DNA of 64,000 bases from Candidatus Acidiferrum sp. (GTDB lineage: Bacteria > Verrucomicrobiota > Verrucomicrobiia > Limisphaerales > UBA11358), in NCBI GenBank assembly GCA_035506715.1, contig DATJOW010000204.1:2900-66899 (forward strand), given 5' to 3'. The notes under the pieces are model-generated. The model did not search any database. It was not told the origin of the DNA and saw only the letters and a list, made by a program, of their open reading frames with translations. Positions 37,107 to 45,557 of this stretch are shown here, piece by piece; positions within the stretch are counted from its first letter, which is position 1, and each line of letters opens with the position of its first letter. A program made the position numbers and the translations under genes.

Positions 37107-38267
37107 TCAGCTTTGGGGCAGCTGACTGTAAGCCTGCATGAACGGTTGTTGCTTCAACCAGGCAATCAATTCATCGGCCATTGCACGGTCGTCGGCCACC
37201 CGGGGATGCGGCCCCGTCCAGTGCGTGAAGACAAAGTGGGTTGCGTTCGGGTCGCTGGCTTCGAGTTGCGCCACGGCGGCTTCCCACGCTGTGCGCAGCG
37301 GTTCGCTCTTGGCGCCGCCATACATGCCGCCACGCAATAGCACGATATGCGCGGCCGGGTACGCCGCGCGGATGGCCCTGACCAGCGCCACGTAGCCATC
37401 GGTGTAGCCCGCGGGGAAAGGTTGCCCGTGGGCGCGCGGATACGAATCGTCGTTTTCGCCAAAATTCACGAAGACGACTTGCGGCACCCAGTTCGTCAAG
37501 GCCGCGCGCGGCGAGGCCGGGTTTGGATAGATTTTGTCCCACACCTCGCCAGCCTTTTTGTTGACCCACCCGGTGGCAATGCCCATGCCGCTCACGGCGA
37601 TGTTGCGGCAATCCGCCGAAAACGCCTGCGCCGTCAACGCCGCGTAGCTGAGGGCCGCGTTGTGGGTGCGGCGCGTCTCCCACTGGTCGGCCGGACCGTC
37701 TTCGTTGCAGGCGCCCACGGTGATCGAATCGCCGAAGAATTCCATCCGGAGCCGGTAAGCCGGCAGCGCGGGCGTCCAAGCCTGCCCGCCATGCGACAGT
37801 TCAACTCCGCGAAAGCGGACCGTGCCGGCGTCTGCCTCGCTGCGTTTGAAGAGTTCGAAGTGGTGACGGCCGGAGCCGAGCCCAACCAGTGACGTGGGGT
37901 GGACGGGTTGACCTTCCCGGACTTCAACAACCGTATTCGAGCCGTCCACGGTCGCGTTGAAAAAGCACTGGCCCTTGGCGTCGTCGAAGAGCAGGGCGAG
38001 CGAGTCGCCCGAGAAATCAAGGCCGATGCAGCTGGCCTGCCAGATGATCACCGGCGCATTTGAGTCTGAAAAATCGAATCGGCCGTCGTAACGAAAAAGC
38101 GCATCCCACGCGGGAACCCGCCGTGCCGGGCGGCTGGTTGAAGATTCCACCACAGCCGATTGCGGCGAGACAGTCAGAGCTGAGGATGAATTGTGTCGGT
38201 CGGCGCAGGAATTCAACGCCAGCAAAGCTGAAACCAGACCGAGCGGGAGAACTCTGGAGATTTTCAT
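37107..38267 (-). CDS. SGNH/GDSL esterase with an N-terminal beta-sandwich (CE2-like carbohydrate acetylesterase)
   Basis: Trimmed to MKISRVLPLGLVSALLALNSC (lipoprotein-like) at 38267. FFGDSITVGA (block I Ser), NFGENDD and the C-terminal HP with upstream Asp fit SGNH. About 150 aa of N-terminal domain precede the esterase part, as in CE2. Confidence 0.6.
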   Translation of the reverse strand: MKISRVLPLGLVSALLALNSCADRHNSSSALTVSPQSAVVESSTSRPARRVPAWDALFRYDGRFDFSDSNAPVIIWQASCIGLDFSGDSLALLFDDAKGQCFFNATVDGSNTVVEVREGQPVHPTSLVGLGSGRHHFELFKRSEADAGTVRFRGVELSHGGQAWTPALPAYRLRMEFFGDSITVGACNEDGPADQWETRRTHNAALSYAALTAQAFSADCRNIAVSGMGIATGWVNKKAGEVWDKIYPNPASPRAALTNWVPQVVFVNFGENDDSYPRAHGQPFPAGYTDGYVALVRAIRAAYPAAHIVLLRGGMYGGAKSEPLRTAWEAAVAQLEASDPNATHFVFTHWTGPHPRVADDRAMADELIAWLKQQPFMQAYSQLPQS

Positions 38268-38278
38268 TTGCGGGCCTA

Positions 38279-38524
38279 TCAATACCCCTGTTTCAGCAGC
38301 CAGTAAACCATAACCATCGTGGCCAGGCAGGCCAGCGACATCCACAATGCCGGCAGGAAGCAGGAAGCGGTCATCATAACTGCGCCGCCGACGAACGGGA
38401 TGGCTGCCTTTTGCCGCCAACCGTAAACCAAGTAACCGCTGGCAATGGCGCTCCAAAGGCACGATGCCCAAAGGAATTTTTGGCTCAGCAAATCCATGGC
38501 CCTTTCACTATGCCGCGATTTCAT
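38279..38524 (-). CDS. Small hydrophobic membrane protein, unknown function
   Basis: 81-aa ORF (or 72 aa from MDLLSQ at 38497) with 2-3 predicted TM segments. It lies 11 nt upstream of the esterase gene on the same strand. Confidence 0.4.
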   Translation of the reverse strand: MKSRHSERAMDLLSQKFLWASCLWSAIASGYLVYGWRQKAAIPFVGGAVMMTASCFLPALWMSLACLATMVMVYWLLKQGY

Positions 38525-38679
38525 CCGATTGGCCAGTAAACATTGAATTTCGCGGAGGAACCGGCGTTGAGAAAGAATTTACGATTTGCGATATACGATT
38601 TACGAGTCATCGTGCCGACGATGGCAACCGCGTCAATCGTCAATCGTAAATCTTCAATAAGCACGGGGTTGTTTTCGGC

Positions 38680-38913
38680 ATGCGAAGTGCTAAAATAGCG
38701 GACGTGAGTCGTTTCTTTCAGCCCAATATCAGCCACCGCGGCCGGCTGGCGCGCGGGGTGATCGGCACGCTGTGTCTCATCGCCGGCATCGTGATTGTGG
38801 ATTTCGTGCTATGGTTGGGGTTGATTTTCGTGGTGGCGGGGCTGTTCGCCATCTTCGAGTCCATGACGCGCTGGTGCATCGTGCGGGCCTGCGGCCTGAA
38901 AACCAAGGTCTGA
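38680..38913 (+). CDS. DUF2892 (YgaP-like) small membrane protein
   Basis: 77 aa. NISHRGRLARGVIGTLCLIAG...GLFAIFESMTRWCIVRACGLKT resembles the DUF2892 pattern (N-x-x-x-x-[DE]R-x-x-R, two TM helices, C-terminal Cys-containing turn). Confidence 0.5.
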   Translation: MRSAKIADVSRFFQPNISHRGRLARGVIGTLCLIAGIVIVDFVLWLGLIFVVAGLFAIFESMTRWCIVRACGLKTKV

Positions 38914-38960
38914 ACACAAATTCGTTTCCTTCGCGCCGGCTTTCCCTATCCTGAGCACGC

Positions 38961-40775
38961 ATGAATTTGCTGCCCTTCGGAAAATTGCCCGCGCACAAAC
39001 CCCGGAGTTTTGTCCCGCCGACCATTGATCTCGGCGACTGGGCCCAGATCGCGCCGTTATTCGACCAACTCGAAGCCCGCGCTGCCCATTGTCGGTCCGC
39101 CGCCGAGCTCGAACGCTGGCTGCTCGACTGGAGCGAACTGTCCGCCGCCCTGGACGAGGAAGCGTCCCGCCGGTACATCGCCATGACCTGCCACACCGAC
39201 AGCCCGGAAGCGGAGAAGGCCTATCTGCAATTTGTCGAGAACGTCGATCCGCAATTGAAACCGCGCCAGTTCGCCCTCGAAAAAATCTACGTTGGCCACC
39301 CGCAGCGCGGGGAACTGCTCAAAATTCGGAGGGGCGAGCTCCCCGAGCCCCAAACTGAAATGGCAAGTGGAACTCGCAGCGCTCGCCCCTCCGAAGCGAG
39401 ATACGCCGTCTTCGACCGCGATGTAAAAAACCATGTCGAGCTGTTCCGCCCGGAAAATGTCCCGCTGGAGACTGAGGAGGCCAAGCTCTGCCAGCAGTAC
39501 CAGAAACTGGTCGGCTCGCTCACGGTGAATTTTCGCGGCGAGGAGAAGACGCTCGTCCAGATGGGCCGCTATCTGGAGGAGCCGGACCGCAACCTCCGCC
39601 AGGAAACCTGGGAACTGGTGACCCAACGCCGCTTGCTGGAAGTCGAAACATTCGAGGACATTTTCGACCGGCTGATCGCGCTGCGCGAGCGGATTGCCCG
39701 GAACGCCGGGTTCAAAAATTACCGCGATTACGCCTTCCGCCGGCTGGGCCGGTTCGATTACACCCCGGAGGATTGCACCCGGTTTCACGACGCGGTGGCC
39801 CGGGAAATCATGCCCGCCGTCCGCGAACTCCAGGAAACCCGCCGCCGCCGGCTCGGCCTCGACAAATTGCATCCCGGCCATCTGCGGCCCTGGGACCTGG
39901 CCGTGGACCCGCAGAACCGTCCGCCGCTAAAGCCCTTCGCCGAGGTGGGTGAAATGGTCTCGCGCACCCAGAAAATTTTCAACCGGCTGGACAGCGAACT
40001 GGCGGGCGGATTCCGCCAGATGCAGGATCTGCGCCTGCTCGACCTCGACAATCGCAAGGGCAAGGCGCCGGGCGGCTATCAGCAAAACCTGTCCGAATCG
40101 CGCCTGCCGTTCATTTTCATGAACGCCGTCGGCCAGCAGCGCGACGTGGAAACCATCCTGCACGAGGCCGGTCACGCGTTTCATGCGCTGGCCGCCCAGG
40201 ACGAGGATTTGTACGCGTACCGCAGCGCGCCGATCGAATTTTGCGAGGTGGCGTCCATGAGCATGGAACTGCTCGGCAACGAATTCATCGAGGAATTTTA
40301 TTCTGCCGCCGATGCGAACCGCGCCCGCCGCACGCATCTCGAGGGCATCATCGGGTTCTTCCCGTGGATGGCGACGGTGGACGGGTTCCAGCACTGGGTG
40401 TACACGCATCCCGGCCACAGCCGCGCCGAACGCGCCGCCGTTTGGCTGGAATTGATGGACCGCTTTGGCGGCGAGGTGGACTGGACGGGATATGAGTCGG
40501 CGCGGGCGCATCTGTGGCACCGGCAACTGCACATTTTCCTGCATCCGTTTTACTACGTCGAATATGGGATCGCCCAACTCGGCGCCTTGCAGGTCTGGGC
40601 GAATTCAAAGCGCGACCAGGCGAAGGCGTTGAGCGATTACAAGCAATCGCTGGCCTTGGGCGGGTCGCGGCCGTTGCCGGAATTGTTCGCTGCTGCCGGC
40701 TGCCCGTTCCGTTTCGACGTGGCGACCATCAAGCCGCTGGTTCAACTGGCGCGGGAGGAACTTAAGAAATTGTAG
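38961..40775 (+). CDS. M3-family oligoendopeptidase (PepF-like, M3B)
   Basis: 604 aa. The zinc site HEAGHAFH has a downstream E in EFCEVASMSME. Length and helical composition are typical of oligoendopeptidase F-type enzymes. Confidence 0.8.
   Translation: MNLLPFGKLPAHKPRSFVPPTIDLGDWAQIAPLFDQLEARAAHCRSAAELERWLLDWSELSAALDEEASRRYIAMTCHTDSPEAEKAYLQFVENVDPQLKPRQFALEKIYVGHPQRGELLKIRRGELPEPQTEMASGTRSARPSEARYAVFDRDVKNHVELFRPENVPLETEEAKLCQQYQKLVGSLTVNFRGEEKTLVQMGRYLEEPDRNLRQETWELVTQRRLLEVETFEDIFDRLIALRERIARNAGFKNYRDYAFRRLGRFDYTPEDCTRFHDAVAREIMPAVRELQETRRRRLGLDKLHPGHLRPWDLAVDPQNRPPLKPFAEVGEMVSRTQKIFNRLDSELAGGFRQMQDLRLLDLDNRKGKAPGGYQQNLSESRLPFIFMNAVGQQRDVETILHEAGHAFHALAAQDEDLYAYRSAPIEFCEVASMSMELLGNEFIEEFYSAADANRARRTHLEGIIGFFPWMATVDGFQHWVYTHPGHSRAERAAVWLELMDRFGGEVDWTGYESARAHLWHRQLHIFLHPFYYVEYGIAQLGALQVWANSKRDQAKALSDYKQSLALGGSRPLPELFAAAGCPFRFDVATIKPLVQLAREELKKL
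40728..40775 (+). repeat. Direct repeat copy 1 (the authentic 3' end of the M3 peptidase gene)
   Basis: ATCAAGCCGCTGGTTCAACTGGCGCGGGAGGAACTTAAGAAATTGTAG. It is repeated with 3 mismatches at 40935..40982. Confidence 0.85.
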
Positions 40776-40934
40776 GACAGGCATCGCGAGGTTATGGACT
40801 GCGGCGGCAATCCCGCGGAGCGGGAGCGACGCCGCTTTGGTGTTGGCCAGCCCCTCTAGCATCATTGAAAGCGCTGTCGCCGCTGCGCTCTGCCAGCGCA
40901 GTCCAAAAGGCTTCACTTCGTTCGGACGGCAGCT

Positions 40935-40982
40935 ATCAAGCCGCTGATTCAACTGGCGCGGGAGGAATTGAAGAAATTGTAG
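40935..40982 (+). repeat. Direct repeat copy 2 (displaced or duplicated 3' end of the peptidase gene)
   Basis: ATCAAGCCGCTGATTCAACTGGCGCGGGAGGAATTGAAGAAATTGTAG would encode IKPLIQLAREELKKL*, against IKPLVQLAREELKKL* in the gene. The differences are conservative or synonymous. Weaker similarity extends about 20 nt upstream. A third, shorter remnant (GGAAGAATTGAAGAAACTCTGA, EELKKL*) is at 41065..41086. Confidence 0.8.
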
Positions 40983-41000
40983 TCAGCGCGCTTGATACGG

Positions 41001-41048
41001 GTAGGGCGGCGCTGCGCGCCGCCTGGCCGAGCGGCAACTCGGCCCTAC
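41001..41048. repeat. REP-like palindromic element GTAGGG...CCCTAC
   Basis: GTAGGGCGGCGCTGCGCGCCGCCTGGCCGAGCGGCAACTCGGCCCTAC has the same termini and double-hairpin architecture as 36996..37047. Confidence 0.55.
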
Positions 41049-41130
41049 CGGTTCGTGGGGCGATGGAAGAATTGAAGAAACTCTGAACGTGAATGGCAAA
41101 TGCGGGCGAAGCAATTTGCAGCTTATCCTC

Positions 41131-41417
41131 TAGTTAGACATCGTCGTTCAATCAACCTAACTCTCTTGCATCGTGTATCTTCCAGTCAATACGGATACAC
41201 GGATAGAACAACCAATAAACGGTTCGCTCAAAAACATTACGAGTCGGATAAACAAAATACCAGGCTGGAGATCCATAATCCGGGCGGTCGCCTTCCGTGC
41301 TGTACGCCCAATGGCGATAAATGAAGAACGATGTCAAATACACCCCGATGACAATCCCACAAATCGCCAATAGACGCTTGATTCGTTTAATTGCCATAAC
41401 GAAGCGATGTCTAACTA
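41131..41417. repeat. Segment bounded by 13-bp perfect inverted repeats (TAGTTAGACATCG at 41131..41143; CGATGTCTAACTA at 41405..41417)
   Basis: Read directly from the sequence. The repeats bracket the 81-aa ORF just outside its stop and start codons. Confidence 0.8.
41152..41397 (-). CDS. Small membrane-anchored hypothetical protein in an AT-rich, inverted-repeat-bounded segment
   Basis: 81 aa: MAIKRIKRLLAICGIVIGVYLTSFFIYRHWAYSTEGDRPDYGSPAWYFVYPTRNVFERTVYWLFYPCIRIDWKIHDARELG. It has one TM helix and an aromatic-rich tail. It is the only sizeable ORF in this compositionally distinct stretch. Confidence 0.4.
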   Translation of the reverse strand: MAIKRIKRLLAICGIVIGVYLTSFFIYRHWAYSTEGDRPDYGSPAWYFVYPTRNVFERTVYWLFYPCIRIDWKIHDARELG

Positions 41418-41498
41418 TTACTAGGTATTAGATTATGCAGCCTGTCCAGTTTCAGTCCTAGCCCTGCTGACTCAAACCACTGATCTGCTTGCTAAACC

Positions 41499-41524
41499 GG
41501 CGCGCAACGGAGTGCGCGCCCTAC
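41499..41524. repeat. Partial REP-like element (GGCGCGCA-ACGGAG-TGCGCGCC-CTAC)
   Basis: The hairpin plus CCCTAC terminus resembles the right half of the element at 45503..45557. It lies just downstream of the ntrC-type gene's stop. Confidence 0.45.
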
Positions 41525-41536
41525 TTCAAGACTCGA

Positions 41537-42883
41537 TTAAACCTCAATCCCGTAAGCCTTGATTTTGTTGTAGAGGGTCTGGCGGCCGATGCCGAGGCGC
41601 TTGGCGGTTTCCAGCTTGTTCCCGCCGGTTTCCTTGAGCGTCTGGATGATGGCGTTGCGTTCCACGCCTTCGAGCAGCGTGAAGCTCGTGTCGCTGCCGC
41701 CTTCAGCCGTCCCGGTCTTGACGTTGGTCACGGATAGGACCGACACATCCACATCGGAGCCCTCGTTCAGGAGGACGGCGCGCTGGACTTCGTTTTGCAG
41801 TTGGCGGACGTTGCCCGGCCATTCGAAGGCCGTCAGCCGCTCGACGGCGGCGGGGGTGAAACCGTTGAGGACGTGATTGGCCTGGGCGGCAAAGCGCTTC
41901 AGGAAAGCATTCGCCAGAGGCATGATGTCCTCGCGGCGGTCGCGCAGCGGCGGCAGATGCACCGAAATGGCGCTGATGCGGTAGTAAAGGTCCTCGCGCA
42001 ACTTGCCGTCCTTGATGGCGTCCTCGGGCTTGCGGTTGGTGGAGGCGATGACGCGGCAGTTGGTCTTGTAGCTGACCTTGCCGCCGACCGGGCGGACTTC
42101 CTGATCCTGCAACACGCGCAGCAATTTGCTTTGCGTGTCGATCGGCATTTCGGAGATTTCATCGAGCAGCAGCGTGCCGCCTTCGGCCTGGCGGAACAGG
42201 CCTTCGCGGTCGCTGTGCGCGCCGGTGAAGGCGCCCTTGACCGAGCCGAACAGTTCGCTTTCGATCAGCTCGCGGGGCAGGGCGGCGCAATTGATCTTGA
42301 TGATCTTGTTCTTGCTGCGCGGGCTGAGCGCGTGGATGAGGTCGGCGATGACCTCCTTGCCGGTGCCGCTTTCGCCGGTGATGAGGACGGTGACGTCGCT
42401 GGGGGCGATGCGCTCGACGGTGCGGACGACTTCCTGCATGGCGGCGCTCTTAAAAATCGGCGAGGCGTTGCCGCTCATGGTTTCCAGCGCGCGCCGGAGC
42501 GTGCTGTTTTCCTGGTTCTGTTCCTTGCGTTCGACGGCGCATTTCACGTCGGCGAGCAGCTTTTCGTTTTCAAACGGCTTGGAGAGAAAGTTATAGGCGC
42601 CGCCGCGGCCGGCTTCGACCGCCATGCTGATGGTGCCGTGACCGGTGAGCACAATGACCTCGGTGTCGGGCCAGCGCTTCTTGATTTGGGGCAGCAATTC
42701 CAGGCCGTTGGCGTCACCCAGCTGCACGTCGAGCAGCACCACGTCGGGCTGGGGCTGGGAAAACGCCTTCTGCAGGGCCGCGCCGTTGTTGGCCTCGGCC
42801 ACGTCGTAATGGTCCTCGAGCACTGTGCCAAGCATGTTGCGCAAAGGTGCCTCGTCGTCCACGATGAGAATTTTGGCTTTCAT
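41537..42883 (-). CDS. Sigma-54-dependent response regulator (NtrC/AtoC family)
   Basis: Trimmed to MKAKILIVDDE at 42883. It has a REC domain (DVVLLDVQLGDANGLELL), an AAA+ sigma-54 activator core (GESGTGKE, GAFTGA, ELFG) and a C-terminal Fis-type HTH (TAKRLGIGRQTLYNKIK). Confidence 0.9.
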   Translation of the reverse strand: MKAKILIVDDEAPLRNMLGTVLEDHYDVAEANNGAALQKAFSQPQPDVVLLDVQLGDANGLELLPQIKKRWPDTEVIVLTGHGTISMAVEAGRGGAYNFLSKPFENEKLLADVKCAVERKEQNQENSTLRRALETMSGNASPIFKSAAMQEVVRTVERIAPSDVTVLITGESGTGKEVIADLIHALSPRSKNKIIKINCAALPRELIESELFGSVKGAFTGAHSDREGLFRQAEGGTLLLDEISEMPIDTQSKLLRVLQDQEVRPVGGKVSYKTNCRVIASTNRKPEDAIKDGKLREDLYYRISAISVHLPPLRDRREDIMPLANAFLKRFAAQANHVLNGFTPAAVERLTAFEWPGNVRQLQNEVQRAVLLNEGSDVDVSVLSVTNVKTGTAEGGSDTSFTLLEGVERNAIIQTLKETGGNKLETAKRLGIGRQTLYNKIKAYGIEV

Positions 42884-43650
42884 GTTTTGCTTCTCCGCCT
42901 GCACGCTTCCACGAACCGGCGAAAAATCGCGCGGTGTTCGGCATGTCGTTCGGTCAATCGTTCGGGATGAAACTGCACGCTCAACAGGAACGGCATTCGC
43001 CGGGCTGTTTCCGGTTTCAATTCCATCGCTTCAACGATTCCATCATGCGTTCGCCCCACGGCGACCAACGGCTCCGCCGGTTCCAATACGCCCTGATGAT
43101 GCGAACTATTTACGCCTAAAGTCCGCTTCCGGATTATTTTGGCGAGTAATGAACCGGTTGTCAACGGCACTTCATGCACTAATTCTCCGGCTTTATCCAT
43201 CCGCTGGTGGTTCAAAGCCCCGGGGACCTGATGGCGAATGTCGGCCACCAGCCGGCCCCCCAGGGCGACGTTCAGCAATTGATGCCCGCGGCAAATGGCC
43301 AACAGCGGTTTGTGCCGGCGAAAGGCCTCGTCAATCACGATCAACTCCCGCAAATCGCGCCGGCCGCCGTCGGGCGTTGGCCCGATGGTCTTCCGCACCT
43401 CCGGGGGCAGGTGCCGGTCGTAAAGCTCGGGATGGATATCATCGCCGCCCGTCAGCATCACGCCGTCGGCGTGATGGACGATTTGAGCCAGCAACTGGCG
43501 GTCGGTGGTGGTGGGGATGGTGACCGGCAGGCCGCCAGCCTGCAGAATGGCGTTTTCGTATTTGACCGACAGGCTGACGGAAAGGTCGTGAAATTCGACA
43601 CCACGTTTTTCGATGCTCGGCGTGACAATTATCAGGGGCGGTTTGGCCAT
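42880..43650 (-). CDS. Class I glutamine amidotransferase-like peptidase C26 (gamma-glutamyl-GABA hydrolase family)
   Basis: 256 aa. LTGGDDIHP, the nucleophile elbow AICRGHQLLNVALGG, SSHHQ and VQFHPE are present. The stop overlaps the regulator's start (ATGA). Confidence 0.8.
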   Translation of the reverse strand: MAKPPLIIVTPSIEKRGVEFHDLSVSLSVKYENAILQAGGLPVTIPTTTDRQLLAQIVHHADGVMLTGGDDIHPELYDRHLPPEVRKTIGPTPDGGRRDLRELIVIDEAFRRHKPLLAICRGHQLLNVALGGRLVADIRHQVPGALNHQRMDKAGELVHEVPLTTGSLLAKIIRKRTLGVNSSHHQGVLEPAEPLVAVGRTHDGIVEAMELKPETARRMPFLLSVQFHPERLTERHAEHRAIFRRFVEACRRRSKT

Positions 43651-44050
43651 CCGGGCGGAATGTAAAAGGGCAGGCTGGCTTTGTCAGCGAAAAAGCCTCG
43701 TTTTTAGGGGAAATGGCCGGAAGACCGGTTTGGTGGGTTTCCAAGGATGGCCTGCTTCATGCTTGGGGGTTGCCGTGAGGTACGATATGGGTAAAGTGAA
43801 TCGAAGTGGCGTTTACTATCTGATAAACACGGTAACCCCTATCAATCATGCATCGAAGGCCGAATTTGACGCTTTTGGTTCGGTGATTGTAGTTGTCCTG
43901 TTATTGGGAATAGTGTCCTTGGTTCGCCTGATTCTGGGCTGGGCTTAAGGGGCTATCCCGAAACTCTTCAGTTCTCTGCCGGCCTGCCGCAGACCGGTTC
44001 AAGCCTCCTTTCGGGTACGAATGCCGCCGAGCCGGCCCGCAACGGCGATC

Positions 44051-45169
44051 TTATTGCTTCAACAGCGCAGCGGCACACCACAAGACCGGAGCCTGTCCAT
44101 GCAGGTCGCCAACCGCGCGCGGCCGGTCCAGGTAAAATTGGGTGTCCTTGTTCTGGCCCGTGCCGATGCAGATTTCGCGGAGGTTACCATCCGGGTCCAC
44201 ATAACCGGACAGACCCATCCAGCCGCGGCGGGCGCAGTCGCCGTATTCCTTCGGATCCAACCAGCCGCGCTGGACACCGACGATCATTGCGTAGGTGAAC
44301 ATCCCCGTGCCGGAGGTTTCGACCCAGGCCTGGTCATTGTCGATGAGTTGCCGCCAAAGACCGGACGGCGCCTGGTAGCGCCGCAGGTCGGCCATCATTT
44401 TGCGATAGCCCGCCATCAACCGCGCGTATTTCGGATGCTCGGGCGGAAGCGAGCTCAACACCTCGGCGAGCGCGACGGCGAACCAGCCGTTGCCCCGGCC
44501 CCAGTAGTGGGGGATTTCCGGACCGTGAAAGAACAGGCCGTTGGTTTGCTGCAATTTATCAAGGTAAGCAGCCAATTGTCGCGCGGCCCGGTCGGCGTAT
44601 TTCGGATCTTTCGTGGCGCGATAGGCCTCGATTTGCAGGCTGCCAATCATGAATGCATCGTCCACCCACCAGCGGGTCTCATGAGTCAGGCCGTCCGGCA
44701 GCGGATCCACCCATTGGGCATCGGCGAGTTCAAGACCGGGCCGAAGGTAATTGGTGTTGCCGGTGTCCAGGTAGATTTCCAGGGGGATGATGCCCAGGAC
44801 CCGGAAATCCACATGTGGGTTGCTCGAAACCAGAGTTTCCGCCTGGCTCGTCAAAAAGAATGAGTAGTGCTCGACGAGTTTTTGGAGCAGTTCCTGGTCA
44901 CCCGCAACCCGCGCAAACCGGATCGCGCCAAAACCGGCACAGGCTTCCGGATAGACGACGTAGCCGGCCCGGTTGGTCAGGTAATCGCGCGCCAGAAGGT
45001 TCCGCGCCACGGCTTCCCCGACGGCCCGGGGGTTGGCATTGGTCGGCCAGTTTTGAAAGACCGTCCGGGCCTGGTCGCTGGCGCCCGCCTTGCCCTTTTC
45101 CGAAAAGCAGCCGCCCGTCAGCCCGACGGCAAGCAAAAAACCGAGCCCCAGCCGAAAAGATGTGTGCAT
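44051..45169 (-). CDS. Glycoside hydrolase family 105/88 (unsaturated rhamnogalacturonyl/glucuronyl hydrolase), second copy
   Basis: 372 aa with lipoprotein-like MHTSFRLGLGFLLAVGLTGGC. RWWVDDAFMIGSLQIEAY, NGLFFHGPEIPHYWGRGNGWFAVALAEVLSSLP and LWRQLID...ETSGTGMFTYAM are characteristic segments. Confidence 0.8.
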   Translation of the reverse strand: MHTSFRLGLGFLLAVGLTGGCFSEKGKAGASDQARTVFQNWPTNANPRAVGEAVARNLLARDYLTNRAGYVVYPEACAGFGAIRFARVAGDQELLQKLVEHYSFFLTSQAETLVSSNPHVDFRVLGIIPLEIYLDTGNTNYLRPGLELADAQWVDPLPDGLTHETRWWVDDAFMIGSLQIEAYRATKDPKYADRAARQLAAYLDKLQQTNGLFFHGPEIPHYWGRGNGWFAVALAEVLSSLPPEHPKYARLMAGYRKMMADLRRYQAPSGLWRQLIDNDQAWVETSGTGMFTYAMIVGVQRGWLDPKEYGDCARRGWMGLSGYVDPDGNLREICIGTGQNKDTQFYLDRPRAVGDLHGQAPVLWCAAALLKQ

Positions 45170-45215
45170 GATTTGTCTTTAAACCAAATCGCCCCCATTT
45201 GTCCAGTCGCATGCG

Positions 45216-45485
45216 CTAAATTTTCGCTTCCGGAAAGCGCTCACGAATCCGCCGGCGCAATCGTTCCTCGTCGTCCGGCTGGTAGCGGCGGCGCGTGATG
45301 AGGCGCTGCACGGCGTCCAGCAGTTCCAGCCAGTCTTCCAGCGGCGGCTCCGGCACGGGTTGCCACCGGTCAAACCGCTTTTCGCGCTGGAAGAAGAGCC
45401 ACTCCCGGCTGACGCGCTGGGCGTACACCTGCAGCTTTACACCGTCGGCGTTCACCCGTTTCCAACTGATTTCCGCTTTGGGCAT
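45216..45485 (-). CDS. Small hypothetical protein
   Basis: The track ORF is trimmed to MPKAEISWKRV at 45485 because the upstream 25 codons run through a REP-like element. 89 aa, basic C-terminus, no motif recognised. Confidence 0.4.
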   Translation of the reverse strand: MPKAEISWKRVNADGVKLQVYAQRVSREWLFFQREKRFDRWQPVPEPPLEDWLELLDAVQRLITRRRYQPDDEERLRRRIRERFPEAKI

Positions 45486-45502
45486 TGGAAATTCTTGCTG
45501 AG

Positions 45503-45557
45503 GTAGGGCGGGCAGTCCTCTGCCTGCCGTCGGCGCGCACGGAGTGACGCGCCCTAC
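45503..45557. repeat. REP-like palindromic element GTAGGG...CCCTAC
   Basis: GTAGGGCGGGCAGTCCTCTGCCTGCCGTCGGCGCGCACGGAGTGACGCGCCCTAC contains two hairpins. It fills the gap between the ispF stop and the next gene's start. Confidence 0.55.

Noticed and set aside
40865-41086. Track ORF of 73 aa spanning the duplicated 3'-end copies.
   Set aside because: It is stitched together from a REP-like element and out-of-frame repeat copies (Ala/Ser/Arg-rich). Its ending in ...EELKKL* merely reflects the third remnant of the peptidase 3' end. It is not an independent gene.
43787-43948. Small ORF (53 aa from MGKVNRSGVYYLINTVTPINHASKAEFDAFGSVIVVVLLLGIVSLVRLILGWA) in a lower-GC gap.
   Set aside because: It has only one hydrophobic tail, no motif, and no convincing start context. 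The listed 111-aa version begins inside the divergent promoter region. The evidence is too weak to call a gene, although expression data could rescue it.
43985-44012. tRNA-like T-loop sequence GGTTCAAGCC in the gap before the second GH105 gene.
   Set aside because: The flanking bases do not form a T-stem, acceptor stem or anticodon arm, so no cloverleaf can be drawn.
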